The position numbers were made by a program, and so were the translations under genes. Under the pieces are notes generated by a model that made no database searches, had not been told where the DNA came from, and saw only the letters and a list, made by a program, of their open reading frames with translations. From Felis catus (Eukaryota), in the NCBI RefSeq assembly GCF_018350175.1, contig NC_058368.1, forward strand, positions 144,462,001-144,526,000: a DNA stretch of 64,000 nt, given 5' to 3'. Of this stretch, positions 11,878-24,498 are shown one piece after another. Within the stretch, counting starts at the first letter, position 1. The number at the start of each line of letters is the position of its first letter.

Positions 11878-13926
11878 TATCGTTTGTGCATACAAACACA
11901 GGGAAACAAAACACAAAATATGTGTAGTTTATGCATACATAATTTACCCCAATTATAAAATTGACTTATTAAATTGCAGGCATTAAAAAAAAATTAAGGT
12001 GACATCAGTTTTGAATCGGAAAATGGAACGTTGTTACGGATATTTTTTTGAAAGAAGGAACTCCCTTACTGTGTGTTGATGCTCACAATCAGTTTAAGTC
12101 TGCTGCAAGCAGCCTGGCCTAAAGATACCGGATGTTGAAAGAATTGAGCAAAAAACACACTTATAGAAATGCTTTTCATGATTTTGCTCATTTTTTGCAG
12201 CTGTTTTTAGTTTAGATGTTCTCCTATTGTAGGGGCTCCTTAAAAACTCCTCTGTGTGAGATTCTGTGTTGGAGTGAACTTTATCATTGCAACAGCTAAT
12301 AACGTGGTTGTAGTTTGGAGCTATTACTGTAAAGCGGTGAAAAAATGTTTTCATAACGTGCCCCGTGCCCCGTTGTGTTAGCAAATGAGGTCTGAGGGAT
12401 AGACCGTGAGCAGAGCAGTTACCTCACCCCACTCCTGTGCTGCAATAAACAGCTTCAGTTTTGAAGCATGGGCTTTATTATATTCTTGCATTTTGAAATG
12501 TATGCCATTGCTGCCAACATCGTACAGCATGTAGTTTTACTGTAGTTAATCATGCTATCAATTTATAAAGCTCAGTATCATCATTTTGTGGTACAGTGCA
12601 ATTATAATAAGAGTTATAATGAGATCAGAGGAATGGATGGCTCTTCAGGGAGTCGTTCCTTCCTTCTAGAGTGTTCTCTGTCCAGATTGGGCTCTGGGAT
12701 TCTTATGCCTGTGTACTCCTCCTTTCTGTTCTTTCCCACCGTAGAGGCTGCCAGAGTGGGGAGGGCAGAAATGGTTTTGTCTAGAAATGTTGCATACAGA
12801 AGTATTCCATACTTCTAAGTCATGTATGCGAGGGGTTGAGCAGGAGTTGTGTCCTCTGGAGGGCCATTTTCTTAGCACACAGGTGTCTTCCATTTGCTAA
12901 TAAGCCCAGTGCCCCATCACCCAAAGGAAAAGCGTTTTGTTACTTTACCTGCCAGAAGCTTTTTTCTTTCTCTGCCCAGCTGGAGTCCCATTTTCTAAAT
13001 TGCATAAAGGCACAATGTATTGCCTACTAGTGGCTTGATTCCCAGTTCCGTAGGAAGTAGGTGAGCTCCCTCACACCCAGTTTCATGGCCGACTCAGAGC
13101 CAATTCTTAGAGCCCTAAGACTACAGACTCCTGAACACTCCACTTCTGTGTTGCCCATAAGAGGAGTGCGGAGAGATCTCCAGCTGGAAGCAGTCCGGAA
13201 CCCCTTGCCAGGACCTGGAGGTTGTGAGGCTGGGGCTTCTTCCTGTCTGCTGGAGGCATTTCCCCTCCTGTGGCTGGCTTACATTAGGAGCTCTTTATGG
13301 CAGTTGCCCTGTTTTATTGAGCAGGACTGTTGGTCCAGGTGGAAGCCTGGTGGGGGAAGACTTAGGGGTTGTCAAAGCCATTGCCTTGTTCCCCGGCCCT
13401 GTGCCGCTCATGCAACCAGCCACAGGGCCTGCACCTGTGGCGGTGCTCCCACATCTCTTCTCCACCAGGCTAAGCTCTTGAGTTCCCTGGAATTCTGGGT
13501 CCCTATTTGCTGTTGGCTCTTTCCTACCTACTCCCTGGCTAGGGTTTTCTTTCCCATGGGTTGACTTGCTGGCTGGCTGGCTGGCTGACCAATATGCCGC
13601 TCATCATAATGGTTTCTAACCTCTGTCCTGTGGGAATTCCTTGGCATGAGTTTCGGAAAGAGCAGAGTTCAGATTGTCACCGTACATTAGAAGTGCTAAA
13701 TTCTAATTGGGGTGAGCTGTCTAAGCCTGGGTTAGTGATGGTGTGATGGTGCTTTTGTGGCTTGCAGGGGTTTGTAAATCAGACAAGAGCAGAAAAATTA
13801 CCTCCAGAAATAGCAAAACCTCATCTTCACCTTACTATAGATTTCTGAGACCCCTTGTTTCTGTCAGTCCCTCCTAATGTGTACGTTCCCTGATAGACGA
13901 GCTGAACTTCAGGGACCTTAGAAGAA

Positions 13927-14040
13927 GGCCTCTCAAACCTTGCAGAGGCCTGCAGATCACCTGGGGCCCTTTCAAACACAGGCTGTGATTCAGTGTGTTG
14001 TGGGCAAGGCCTGAGAGTCTGACTTTCTAAGAAGCTCAGG
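13927..14040. mobile_element. MER5A-like hAT element
   Basis: ctcaaacc...atcacctgggg...tgattcagt...ggcctgagagtctgactttctaagaagctc. Confidence 0.65.
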
Positions 14041-14291
14041 ACTTTTATCAACCTTCTGTCACCTCTTTTTCACCTCTTCCCAGTTTTACTTGAAAGCCTC
14101 CACCTTACACACCCATTTATGTTTTGTTTTGCTTTATTTTGCTAATAGAGCCATTTCTGGTGTAACTGTTTGCTTTATATCACTGAGATCATATGGACAT
14201 ACATTTTAAGAACCTTTTGAACTATTGAGTGTGTTCCCAAGATAGCACATACCAAAGAAAAATAGTACCTTTTATCTTTAAAATGTTTCCC

Positions 14292-14314
14292 TTTTTTAAA
14301 AATGTTTATTTATT

Positions 14315-14369
<55 letters not shown>

Positions 14370-14536
14370 ATGTGAGCAGTCGAGGGGAAGGAGAGAGGGA
14401 GACACAGAATCCAAAGTAGGCTCCACTCTATGAGCTGTCAGCACAGAGCCTGATGCAGGGCTTGAACCCACGAACCATGAGATCATGACCTGAGCCAAAG
14501 TCATACGCTTAGCTGACTAAGCCACCCAGGAGCCCC
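14292..14536 (-). mobile_element. Can-SINE
   Basis: SINE pattern; TSD atgtttcccttttt. Confidence 0.93.
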
Positions 14537-14639
14537 ATAATATGTTTCCCTTTTTAAATTATGGAAACAGGTTCAAGTTTTACAGAAATATTTTGAGAAC
14601 CTGCAGTTTATATAGCTACTTTACCAGGAAAGGTGTCTT

Positions 14640-14855
14640 AAAAAATTTTTTTTAACATTTATTTATTTTTGAGAGAGAGGGAGAGAGAGCACGAGCAGGG
14701 GAGGGGCAGAGAGAGAGGGAGACACAGAATCTGAAGCAGGCTTCAGGCTCTGAGCTGTCAGCATGGAGCCCGACGTGGGGTTTGAACTCATGAACTGTGA
14801 GATCATGACCTGAGTCAAGTCAGACACTCAACCAACTGAGCCACCCAGGCGTCCT
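14640..14855 (-). mobile_element. Can-SINE
   Basis: TSD ggaaaggtgtctt at 14627-14639 and 14857-14869. Confidence 0.94.
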
Positions 14856-15624
14856 GGGAAAGGTGTCTTTTAATCTAACAATATTGATATGAATTCTGAA
14901 GGCAGAAGGCCCTTAGATAAGTGGGTGCTGCTGAGGCAAGTAAATTTAATAGGCAAGCAGGACCTTATAGATAAGGGAATGACTCTTTGAATGGGTTGTC
15001 CTGGGAGGAAATTCCCATCAGGATGGTCATAATGCGGATAGTCTTCCATATGAGTACCTGCCACATTGCTTCCCAGCTTTTCCTGGTCCACTCTCATGGT
15101 ACCTCCCCTAATCCCCATCCTGGACCAGAGAACCCTCAGTGCCTTTAACATGGAGAATAGCCCTCTTTGTGTGTGTGCATGTTCACACACATGCATGTGT
15201 ATGTGCACACACACACATGTATACCCACACCCAGACTGAGAGACTAAGATCCTCAGAAAGCCAATACCATCCTCGGCAGGGCCCTGCCTCTTAGATCTGA
15301 GTGTTTCCTTGGTGTTGAGGCTGCAGGAGGCACCTGTGGCCATGTGCCTATCAGACACTTTCACAGAGAATTGACTTTCTTGAGGGTTTCTGCAAGTTTA
15401 TCCAATGTAGTCTGGTATCTGTTCCACCCTCCCCCCCCCCCCCCCCGGTTAATAAAGTGAAAAATTAGTGTTCTAATTTGCAGAAGAGAATAGGAGGCAG
15501 ATACAGCCAAGGTCTTACCTGTGAAAGGAGAAGAAACTCTCCAAGGAATAGGAAGGAATTGGTTCTAGGATAAGTTATAAATGTTGTCATGTCAGTTCGG
15601 GCTTCTTTATGGTTCTAATGGAGT

Positions 15625-15835
15625 TTTATTTATTCATTTATTTATTTAAAGTTTATTTATTTATTTTGAGAGAGAGCACAGGAGGGGAAAAGAGAAAGAG
15701 AAAGAGAATCCCCAACAGGCTCTGAGCTGTCAGCACAGAGCCGGACGTGTGGCTTGAACTCACGAACTGTGAGATCATGACCTGAGCCAAAATCAAGATT
15801 TGGACCCTGAGCCAACAGAGCCACCCAGGCATCCC
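15625..15835 (-). mobile_element. Can-SINE
   Basis: SINE pattern. Confidence 0.9.
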
Positions 15836-16439
15836 TACTGATAGGATCCACGATGGCCCAGAGACTAAGGCCCTTATTCTTAAAGGGAATACTATGTAGT
15901 GTAGTGAATGTACTGTGTAGTGAATTACATTCTCAGCAACATTCCTCAAGTAGATGGTAGAGTGTTTTGTGAGACTGTTTTTCAAAAGGTCTTTCGATAT
16001 AGGTTGATGGCATATGTATACATAATTTAGTGAAGACCTTTCCATAAGAGCCCCCAAATGATGAAGTCTCAATATCCAGCTCTCTGGCTGCCTCCGGGGA
16101 TAAAATTATGTCTGGAGGAATGCATGGGCCCCATATCCTTTATGCAGTCTTTTATGAGGACTGTTTTGCTCCACCGAGCTATATTTTGAAATCTGTTAAG
16201 TTAAATTGCTTAAAAAAGGAAGAAAGTGTGTGGCTTAAGTCTTTCTTTAGGAGAATATTATCAACTTCAGTTTCAGGGACAGTATATACAAAATAGATTA
16301 AATCCAGTGGCTGCGACTGATTGCTCAATTTCCTAATACGAACAGTGAGAGGATTTAAATATATCTGTGTTCCCTTTTGTCTCCAAAGTCTTCTGTAAGG
16401 TCTTGGCAAGTAAGAGTTGATATTCTCAAAGTGGGTAAT

Positions 16440-16840
16440 TGAGGCGACTTCAGCAGACTGTTTACAAAGATGAGGGCAGGGTTTGGGGAACCTGGGCACA
16501 GTGCAGTGCCTAGGGCTTGCTAGGGCAGGGAGCCATTACCACATCTAGGCTTGAAGCTTAAAGGGAGGAAGTGTTTACAGAAATTGTAGAGATTAGCTTT
16601 AGGGAGCTGTTTGAAAAAGCTGCAGAGGGATTGCCACCAATCCTGGGAGGGAGCTGAGCTGGAAGAATGTCTACCCCACTTTGCTCTTTTCCTCGCCCAT
16701 CTCCTGATGGTGGTCCTCATGGTCCAAGCCCAGTAGACAACCAGAGGGTTTCCATACACCTCAGCCTCCAGGGACACAGAGCAGGGTGAAGAAGAGTGGA
16801 GAGGGTGGAAGGGCAAATGGGAGACACCCAGCACTTTCCC
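16440..16840 (-). mobile_element. LTR33-like ERVL solo LTR
   Basis: Reverse complement tccactcttcttcaccctgctctgtgtccctggaggctgaggtgtatgga... matches recalled LTR33 and the copy at 23215. Confidence 0.65.
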
Positions 16841-17439
16841 TAACTTCATGCTCCTAAACAAACACTATATGTTTTCTCAAGGTAAAGAAATTGTGTCTTC
16901 AGGTTAGCTTCTTGTCTCTGCCTTACTACTCAAGCTCCTGGGCTTAACATAGGACAGCTGGCCACAAAGTACACAATAAGAAGGGGCAGTAAGTAAGTGG
17001 CAACAATCAAACTCTGCAGTGCTGAAGAAATAAAACAGAAATGGTGAGCCGATGGCTTTGTCATGTTTCTGCATGTGGTTGTTCCTGTCCTTTTGCAATG
17101 TATGAGAGAGTAGTTTTTAGACTGTAGGACAAAAATAAAACCTTCATTAAATTTCACCTGCTGCTTCCATCTTTATAGTGTTGGAGAGAACTCTTCATTT
17201 CCTGATCCATAAATCTCACAGATGAATGACAAGATGGCACTGTGGCCTTGTCTGTGTGACAGCCTCTATTGTGAAGAACAGCCCTCTTAGGTTGTATTCA
17301 TTGACATGATAACTTGAAGCAAAGTTGGCTTTGACACAAAAATATTATGATTTGCAGTCAAGTATGGGAATATACTCTCTTGAGGGAATTACAGATCTTT
17401 CCCCAGTTTCTTAAACAATTAGCACATTTCCCAAGAAGG

Positions 17440-17750
17440 TCAATTGGAAGATAATTTATATATAATAAACCTCATCCATTCTAAGTATACATTTCTATGA
17501 GTTTGGGCACATATAAACAGTTGTGCAATCACCACCACAGTGAAAATACAGAATGTTTTTATCACCCCAAAAACTTGACTGGAGCCACGTTGTGGTCAAT
17601 CTCCTCCCTGGCTCCTGGCCCTGGGCAATCTCTCATCTGAGTTTTGTAACTGTAGCTTTGCCTGGTGTAGAATTTTATATAAATACAATTATATTCACAT
17701 TTTAGAATCAGCTTTTCAATTTCTACAAAAAGTCTTCTGGGGTTTTATTG
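17440..17750 (-). mobile_element. Old L1MB/MC 3' end
   Basis: accaccacagtgaaaatacagaatgtttttatcaccccaaaaa. Confidence 0.75.
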
Positions 17751-18295
17751 TATATTTGTGTGTATATGTTTATACAAGTTAGTAATATTTATTCAAGTAG
17801 ATATACATTATAAAAATGATCTGGGTAGTATAAAATGGTTTAAAATAAAAAGACAAGTTTACCACCCACTCTCTTTCATTTCCAGTCCCACTTCTCATAG
17901 CCTACAGCATTTAACTGTCTCTCTCTTCAGTTATTCTGAAGGTTTTAATTAATATACAAGCCACTCTTTCTTGACAGTGTCTATTGACATTGTGCAGTGA
18001 GAGGTGATGATTTTGCTCATTACATTACCTCCTCTACTCTTCCCCTCCTCTCCCTTCTTCCCAGTAGTTGTTAATTAAATCATCATTTGGAATTCCTGTA
18101 TTGTTACCTTGGAACCTTAAATGCTAATATTTGATTTTATACCTTAAATTAAACTGGTACTTTGCAGAAGAAAATAATTAAATTATAGTTCTTGGACTAA
18201 ATAGATTATCCTTTATGTAAAATAGCTACTTAACCATAAATTTCAGGGATGGGGTCCAGACATGTCTAGTTAGGTTACTCTGCCATTCGGGGTGT

Positions 18296-18296
<1 letters not shown>

Positions 18297-18338
<42 letters not shown>
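18297..18338. repeat. (GT)n microsatellite
   Basis: Seen directly. Confidence 0.97.
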
Positions 18339-18340
<2 letters not shown>

Positions 18341-19145
18341 ATTGATATGACCCACTTCTGTTTCAGTTATGTATACATATTACATATCTAAGTAAGATAT
18401 CAGATGTTAAAAACTTAAGTTATATTAACATGACAAAGAAAATTCAGAAGCAAATTGCAGGAGACTTGAAGAGAGCTTTGTTTTACTTCTTTGGTGTACA
18501 CAGGTTAAGCAAAGCAAACTAAGAAGGAAGTTTTCTCTTTCTAGCAAGAACATGAAATTGAAAGCTTGAGGCATATGAAAAAAATAAGCTAACAATAAAG
18601 ATTTTACAACTAAGGACTTTTTATATTGGCAACTAGTTGAAACATTAGTTTCATTAAAACATTAGTTTTAACAACGAGTTAAAACATCTTAGCCAAGTTA
18701 TTTAAAAAAAAACACCTTTAAAGTAGTAAAGGTTTATGAATACAAGCATATTTTCTTTGTACTTCTATAAACATCATCTTTGAGATGTTAGAAGTGGATT
18801 CTGATTCTAGGTTTCCTCTAGTATAAGGAGCTGCAGGTGCAGACAGGATGGTTTAGTAATTTACCTTCTCTAAATCTTCTTTGTAAGATGACTTCATCAT
18901 CTGACATCTGGCATCCTTGTGGGTCAGACTTTTCCATGAACTCTACAAACTAGAATGTGTTCACCAAGCGCAGGGTCTTTTCTGTGCTCAAGGATACTAT
19001 TGACTCTCAATACTTGATGACTTCACTTAAATATAGAGAGACTTTTAAAAAAATTGAAGTACAATTAACATACAGTGTTATGTTAGTTTTAGGTATATAA
19101 TAATTCTGTACATTTCTCAGTGCTCATCAAGAGAAGTATACTCTT

Positions 19146-19402
19146 TTTTATTAAAAAAAATTTTTTTTAATTTACATCCAAGTTAGCATATAGTACAACA
19201 ATGATTTCAGGAGTAGATTCCTTAATGCCCCTTACCCATTTAGCCCATGCCTCCTCCCACAACCACTCCAGCAACCCTCTGTTTGTTCTCCATATTTAAG
19301 AGTCTCTTATGTTTTGTTCCTCTCCCTGTTTTTATATTATTTTTGCTTCCCTTCCCTTGTGTTCATCTGTTCTGTGTCTTTAAGTCCTCAATTAGTCAGA
19401 GA
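19146..19402 (-). mobile_element. Nested L1 3' UTR insertion with short 5' inversion
   Basis: TSD aagagaa[g/a]tata[c/g]tctt at 19129-19145 and 19403-19419. Confidence 0.8.
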
Positions 19403-21840
19403 AAGAGAAATATAGTCTTAATCTCTTTTATCTCTTTCACCCACCCCCCTCCCGCCTCCCCTCTGAAAACCACCAGTTTATTCTCTGTATGTGAGTGTGT
19501 GTGTGTCTTTTTCTTTGTTCATTTGTTTTCTTAAATTCCACACGACTGACATCACATGGTGTTTGTCTTTCTCCGACTGACTTATTTCACTTAGCATTAT
19601 ACCCTCTAGATTGATATATGCTGTTGCAAATGGTACAATGGTTCACTGATTTTTATGGTTGGGTAATGTTCCATTATAATGTGTATACCACTACTTTATG
19701 TTTATCTAGGAATGGATATTTGGGTTGTTTCCATCCTTGACTATTGTAAATAATGCTGCAATAAATATAGGGGTGCTTATACTTTTTGAATTAGTGTTTT
19801 CACTTTCTTTGGGTAAATACCTAGTAGTGGACTTACTGGATCATATGGTAATTCTATTCTCAATTTTTTGAGGAACCTCGATGCTGTTTTCCACAGTGAC
19901 TACACCAAGTTAATTCCCACCAACAGTGCATGAGCATTCCTTTTTCTCCACATCCTTACTAACACTAGTTATTTCTTGTGTTTTTTATTTTAGCTGTTCA
20001 GACTGGTGTAGGGTGATATCTCATTGTGACTTTAACTTTTATTTCCCTGATGATGAGTGATGTTGAGCATCATTTCATGTGTCTTTGGCCATCTTTATGT
20101 CTTCTTTGGAAAAATGTGTATTCAGATCTTCTCATTTTTAAATAGGATTTATTTGTTTCTCTGGTGTTGAGTTGTGTAAGTTTTTTATGTATTTTTGATA
20201 TTAACTCCTTATTGGATATGTCACTTGCAAATATCTTTTCCCATTCACTAGGTTACCTTTTTGTTTTGTAGATGGTTTCTTTTGCTGTGCAAAACCTTTT
20301 TATTTTTGTGTCATCCCAGTAGTTTATTCTTGCTTTTGTTTCCCTTGCCTAAGGAGACATATTTAGAAAAAATGTTTCTGTGGCTAATGTAAGAGATTGC
20401 TTCCTATGTTTTCTTCTAGGAGTTGTATGTTTTCATGTCTCCCCTTTAGGTCTGTACTCCATTTTGAGTTTATTTTTGTGTATTGTGTTAGAAACTGGTT
20501 CGGTTTCATTCTTTTGCATATAGCCGTCCAATTTTCCCAGCACCATTTGTTGAAGAGACTCTCTTTTCCCTATTGTATATTCTTCCTCATTTTATATCCT
20601 TTGTCATAGATTGATGATACAGGTGTTGGCTTGTTTCTGGTCTCTCAATTTTGTTCCATGAAACTATGTGTTTATTTCTGTGCCAATAACTGTTTTGATT
20701 ACTACAGCTTTGTAGTATATCTTGAAATCTGGGATTGTGATACCTCCAGTTTTGTTCTTCTTTCTCAAGATTGATTTGGTTATTTGGGGGTCTTTTGGGG
20801 TTCCATATGGATTTTAGGATTATTAGTTCTAGTTCTGTGAAAAATGTTGTTGGTATTTTGATAGAGATCACATTAAATCTGTAGATTGCTTTGGGTGGTA
20901 TGGAGATTTTAACAATATTAGTTCTTTCAGTCCATATACATGCGATGTCTTTCATCAATGTTTTCTAGTTTTTGGAGTACAGGTCTTTCACCTCTTTGGT
21001 TAAGTTTATTCCTAGGTATTTTATTATTTTTGTTGCAATTATAAATGGGATTGCTTTTTTAATTTATTTCTGCTACTTCATTACTATTGTATAAAAATGC
21101 AACAGATTTCAGATTTCTATATATTAGTATTGTATCCTGCAACTTCACTGAATTCATTTATTCTAGTAGTTTTATGATGGAGTTTTTAGGGTTTCCTATG
21201 TATAGTATCATGCCATGTGTAAGTAGTGACAGTTTTTCTTTACCAATTTGGATGTTCCTTTTTTTTTTCTTGTCTAATTGCTGTGGTTAGGACTTCATAA
21301 CCTAAATACTGTGTTGAATAAAAGTGGTGAGAGTGGATATTCTTGCCTTGTTCCTCATCTTAGAGCAAAAACTCTATTTTTCATCACTAAATGTGATGTT
21401 AGGATTTTCATAGATAGCCTTTATTATTTTGAGATATGTTCCCTCCTTTTTATCATGGGTGTATGTTGTACTTTGTCAATTGCTTTTTCTGCATCTACTG
21501 AGATGGTTATATGGTTTTTATCTCTTGTTAATGTGATGTATCACGATTGATTTGTGAATATTGAACCACCCTTGAATAAAATAAATAAATGAATAAAATA
21601 AATCTCCCTTGGTCATGGTGAGTGATTTCTTTTAATGTATTGTTGAATTTGGTTTACTAATATTTTGTTGAGGATTTTAGCATCTATGTTCACCAGATAT
21701 ATTGACCTGTAGTTCTCTTTTTTGGTATTGTCTTTGTCTGGTTTTTGTATCAGGGTAATGCTGGCCTTATAGAATGATTCTGGAAGCTTTCCTTCTTCTT
21801 CTATTTTTTGGAAATAGTTGGAGAACAGGTATTAATTCTT

Positions 21841-22047
21841 TAAAAAAATTTTTTTAATGTTTATTTTTAAGAGCGAGAGAGAGCACAAGCAGGGGAGGGG
21901 CAGCAAGAGAGGTAGACACAGAATCTGAAATAGGCTCCAGGCTCTGAGCTGTCAGCACAGAGCCTGACGCAGGGCTTGAACTCTGAATGACGAGATCATG
22001 ACCTGAACTGAAGTTCGATGCTAACCAACTGAGCAACCCGGGTGCCC
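21841..22047 (-). mobile_element. Can-SINE nested in L1
   Basis: TSD tattaattctt at 21830-21840 and 22051-22061. Confidence 0.93.
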
Positions 22048-23214
22048 TACTATTAATTCTTTCATTAAATGTTTGGTAGTACTAACGTGTGGAGCCATTT
22101 AGTTTTGGATTTGGGGTGGGGGGTGATTTCTGATTCATTTTCATTGGTAGTGATCAGTTTGTTCAAATTTTCTATTTCTTCCTGATTCAGTTTTGAAATA
22201 TTATATATTTCTAGGAGTTTATCTACTCTGAAGAGAATTCTTAATTCAAGACCAGACCCCTCTTATAGAAACCACAGTCTCAAGACATTTGTTTATTTAA
22301 ATCTAACAACAACAAAAACATATGATCTTCATGAGGCCCAAACAGCCATTTTATTTTCTTGGGGCATTTATATGGGCAAAATAGCTAAAGTGGGAGATCA
22401 CTGAAATAGTAATAGCTTCATAGTTCATATTATGAAGTTCTTTTGTTTTGTCACAAAATGTAACAATTTCTGTAGCTCATACCAATGTGAGATCCAAAGC
22501 ATAGAATAAAATTATCAAGTATTTCCCTTTAAAGTTGTCAAGGCTTTGATCTCTTCATTGACAACAGCTGCATCTTTAAAATAGGAAGATGACAGTAGGA
22601 GTATAGCATAAGAATTGGTGCTGAAGGAGAGTTTTGAATGACTAGAACAAGAAGACATTATGTTTACTAAGCGATTTGTTCCAGAAACTGAAATGCCCAG
22701 GGGAAAATGCTCACATGTTGCGCAAATAAAGCCTGAGGTAACCTTCCCACAGTGGTTACCATATTCCTATTTTATAACTTTTAATAATATTTATAAATTT
22801 GTAGTTCTTCTTTCATTAACTTTCAACAGCACCTCTTTATTCTCTACTTTCTGCCCTTCCTCCTCCTCTCCTACCCCGCCTTTACTGTGGAGTTATTATT
22901 GAAAAATACATTCTGAAATTAGTCATCTATGCCTTACATATAGGTTGATTTTTGAAAGACAAAAGCTGAAAGCATGTTTCATTGCAGCACATAGGGTATA
23001 CTGTGGTTAGATTTCTTTCTCCATGGATCCAATGCCATTTTTGTCCTCAAGAAATAATTTAAAAAAAATTATTTTTCCAGTATGCCCACCACATTTGGCC
23101 ACATTTTAGTGGGTTTCGTATTTGCACTGTGACTTTATTTTGTATTTTTCCCTCCTTGGAGTTCCTTATTGCCTTTCATTTTTTTCAGTGAGAGACGTGA
23201 AATCCCTTCTACTA

Positions 23215-23710
23215 TGTCCCTTTACACCCAGTCTCCACCCTTCTTCACTATACTCTCTGCCTCTATGGATTGTATCAGCAGGCCACCATGCCTGATGGCT
23301 TCTAGGTGGGTCTAGCCAATGAGGAGACCAAAATGAGATGAACAGGAGTGGGGAGAATGAGGTCAGTGTATGTAGTCTGCTGGAAACTTGATCTGTAGAG
23401 TTGCCTCAGCCTGGTTACATACTTCTTCTGAAGGTTCAAACTCACAACCCCAAGATCAAGAGTCACATGCTCTACTGACTGAGCCAGCCAGGTGCCCCTC
23501 AAGATAGCATTCTTGTGGACTGTTTTGCCATTTTGATTTGGTTAAATACTTATCCTCTGGTCTCTTTCAGCTTAGAGAATGGTGACAGTCCCACTCTTGC
23601 TAGCTCTCCAGTTTACTGCACACTCTTTTCCTCAGTTTCATAAATAGACTCCAAATTGTCATAATCTGAGGTGCCACTGATTTCCTGTTGGGATCTTATT
23701 AACTGCTACA
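23215..23710 (+). mobile_element. LTR33-like ERVL solo LTR interrupted by a SINE head fragment (about 23430-23499, minus)
   Basis: ctccacccttcttcac...gggtctagccaatgaggagacc...gagaatgaggtcag; SINE head ...gagccagccaggtgcccc. Confidence 0.65.
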
Positions 23711-24094
23711 GTAGGGTTTCAGGAGGAAGCAAGATCTGGAGTTTGAGGTTTCTGCACCTGTGCTGATTTAACATGTTAGGACCAAGAAGGCTGACTGGGC
23801 TCTTTCTACACGGTTGGGGAAATCTTCACTTTTTGGTGATCAGACAGGGAGCTCACTGCCACACACTTCATACTACTCTTAAAACCACCTTTCTCTCAAA
23901 ACCAAAATGGTAGCAGTTTTCATCCTGGGAGCACCCATATATCCTTGTTAGCTGCTTCAGTTATCCTCAGTTCAATTTCTTTAAAGAGGAGCTTTCTATT
24001 TTTGTTGTTGTTGTTGTTCTTTTGTTTTAATTTTTGTTTGGGCCTATTGATAAACTTCTTGAGCTCTGTGCCCTGGGATGGGAAAAGCAGAGAG

Positions 24095-24498
24095 TGGTTG
24101 TTTCATAACAACCTCCCTGCCCAAAACTTACCAGCATAAAACATCATTTATTTATTATAATCATGGATTCTTTGGGTCAAGAATTCAGAATGGCCAAAGC
24201 AGGGATGGCTTTTCTCTGTTCCACAATGTCTGAAGCCTCCACTGGGACCACAGGGGACTGGAACATCTGGTCCTGGAATGGCTGGGGTTGCAACAGCTGG
24301 GGTTGGAGGAGAGGAGCCCCTTCTCAGGTGACTTCTTGATTCATATTTCTTATGCCTGGGCTGGGGTTGCTTAAGGAAGACTTGCTTTTGGAGCCTTGAG
24401 CCACCAACATTAAAAATCTCCCTACCCTATGAATGCTACTCTGGAGAAGTTACATATCCCTGTTTTGCTTGAAAGTTCCAACTGAGCCAAGACCTCAG
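24095..24498 (-). mobile_element. MLT1 (F/G/H-like) MaLR LTR fragment, last 124 bp in opposite orientation
   Basis: cccaaaacttaccagcataaaaca...gattctttgggtcaagaattcag (minus), then ggagccttgagccacca...ctaccct (plus). Confidence 0.6.

Larger units (their letters stand above)
19045..22228 (-). mobile_element. Carnivore L1 (about 2.7 kb, 3' UTR plus decayed ORF2) with nested L1 and SINE
   Basis: ORF2-like peptide at 20587-20958 (RTNIVKISIPPKAIYRFNVISIKIP); colinear with L1 at 44200-45935. Confidence 0.93.

Noticed and set aside
13061..13564. Longest ORF (167 aa, GTG start)
   Set aside because: No recognisable domain or exon structure; expected by chance in a GC-richer patch.
14870..15364. 164-aa minus ORF
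   Set aside because: Includes CA/TG low-complexity translation; no homology recognised.
15431..15446. Poly-C run as a G-quadruplex element
   Set aside because: Isolated homopolymer with error-prone length and no supporting context.
16440..23710. Two LTR33-like LTRs as ends of one provirus
   Set aside because: Opposite orientation, highly diverged, and no ERV internal sequence recognised between them.
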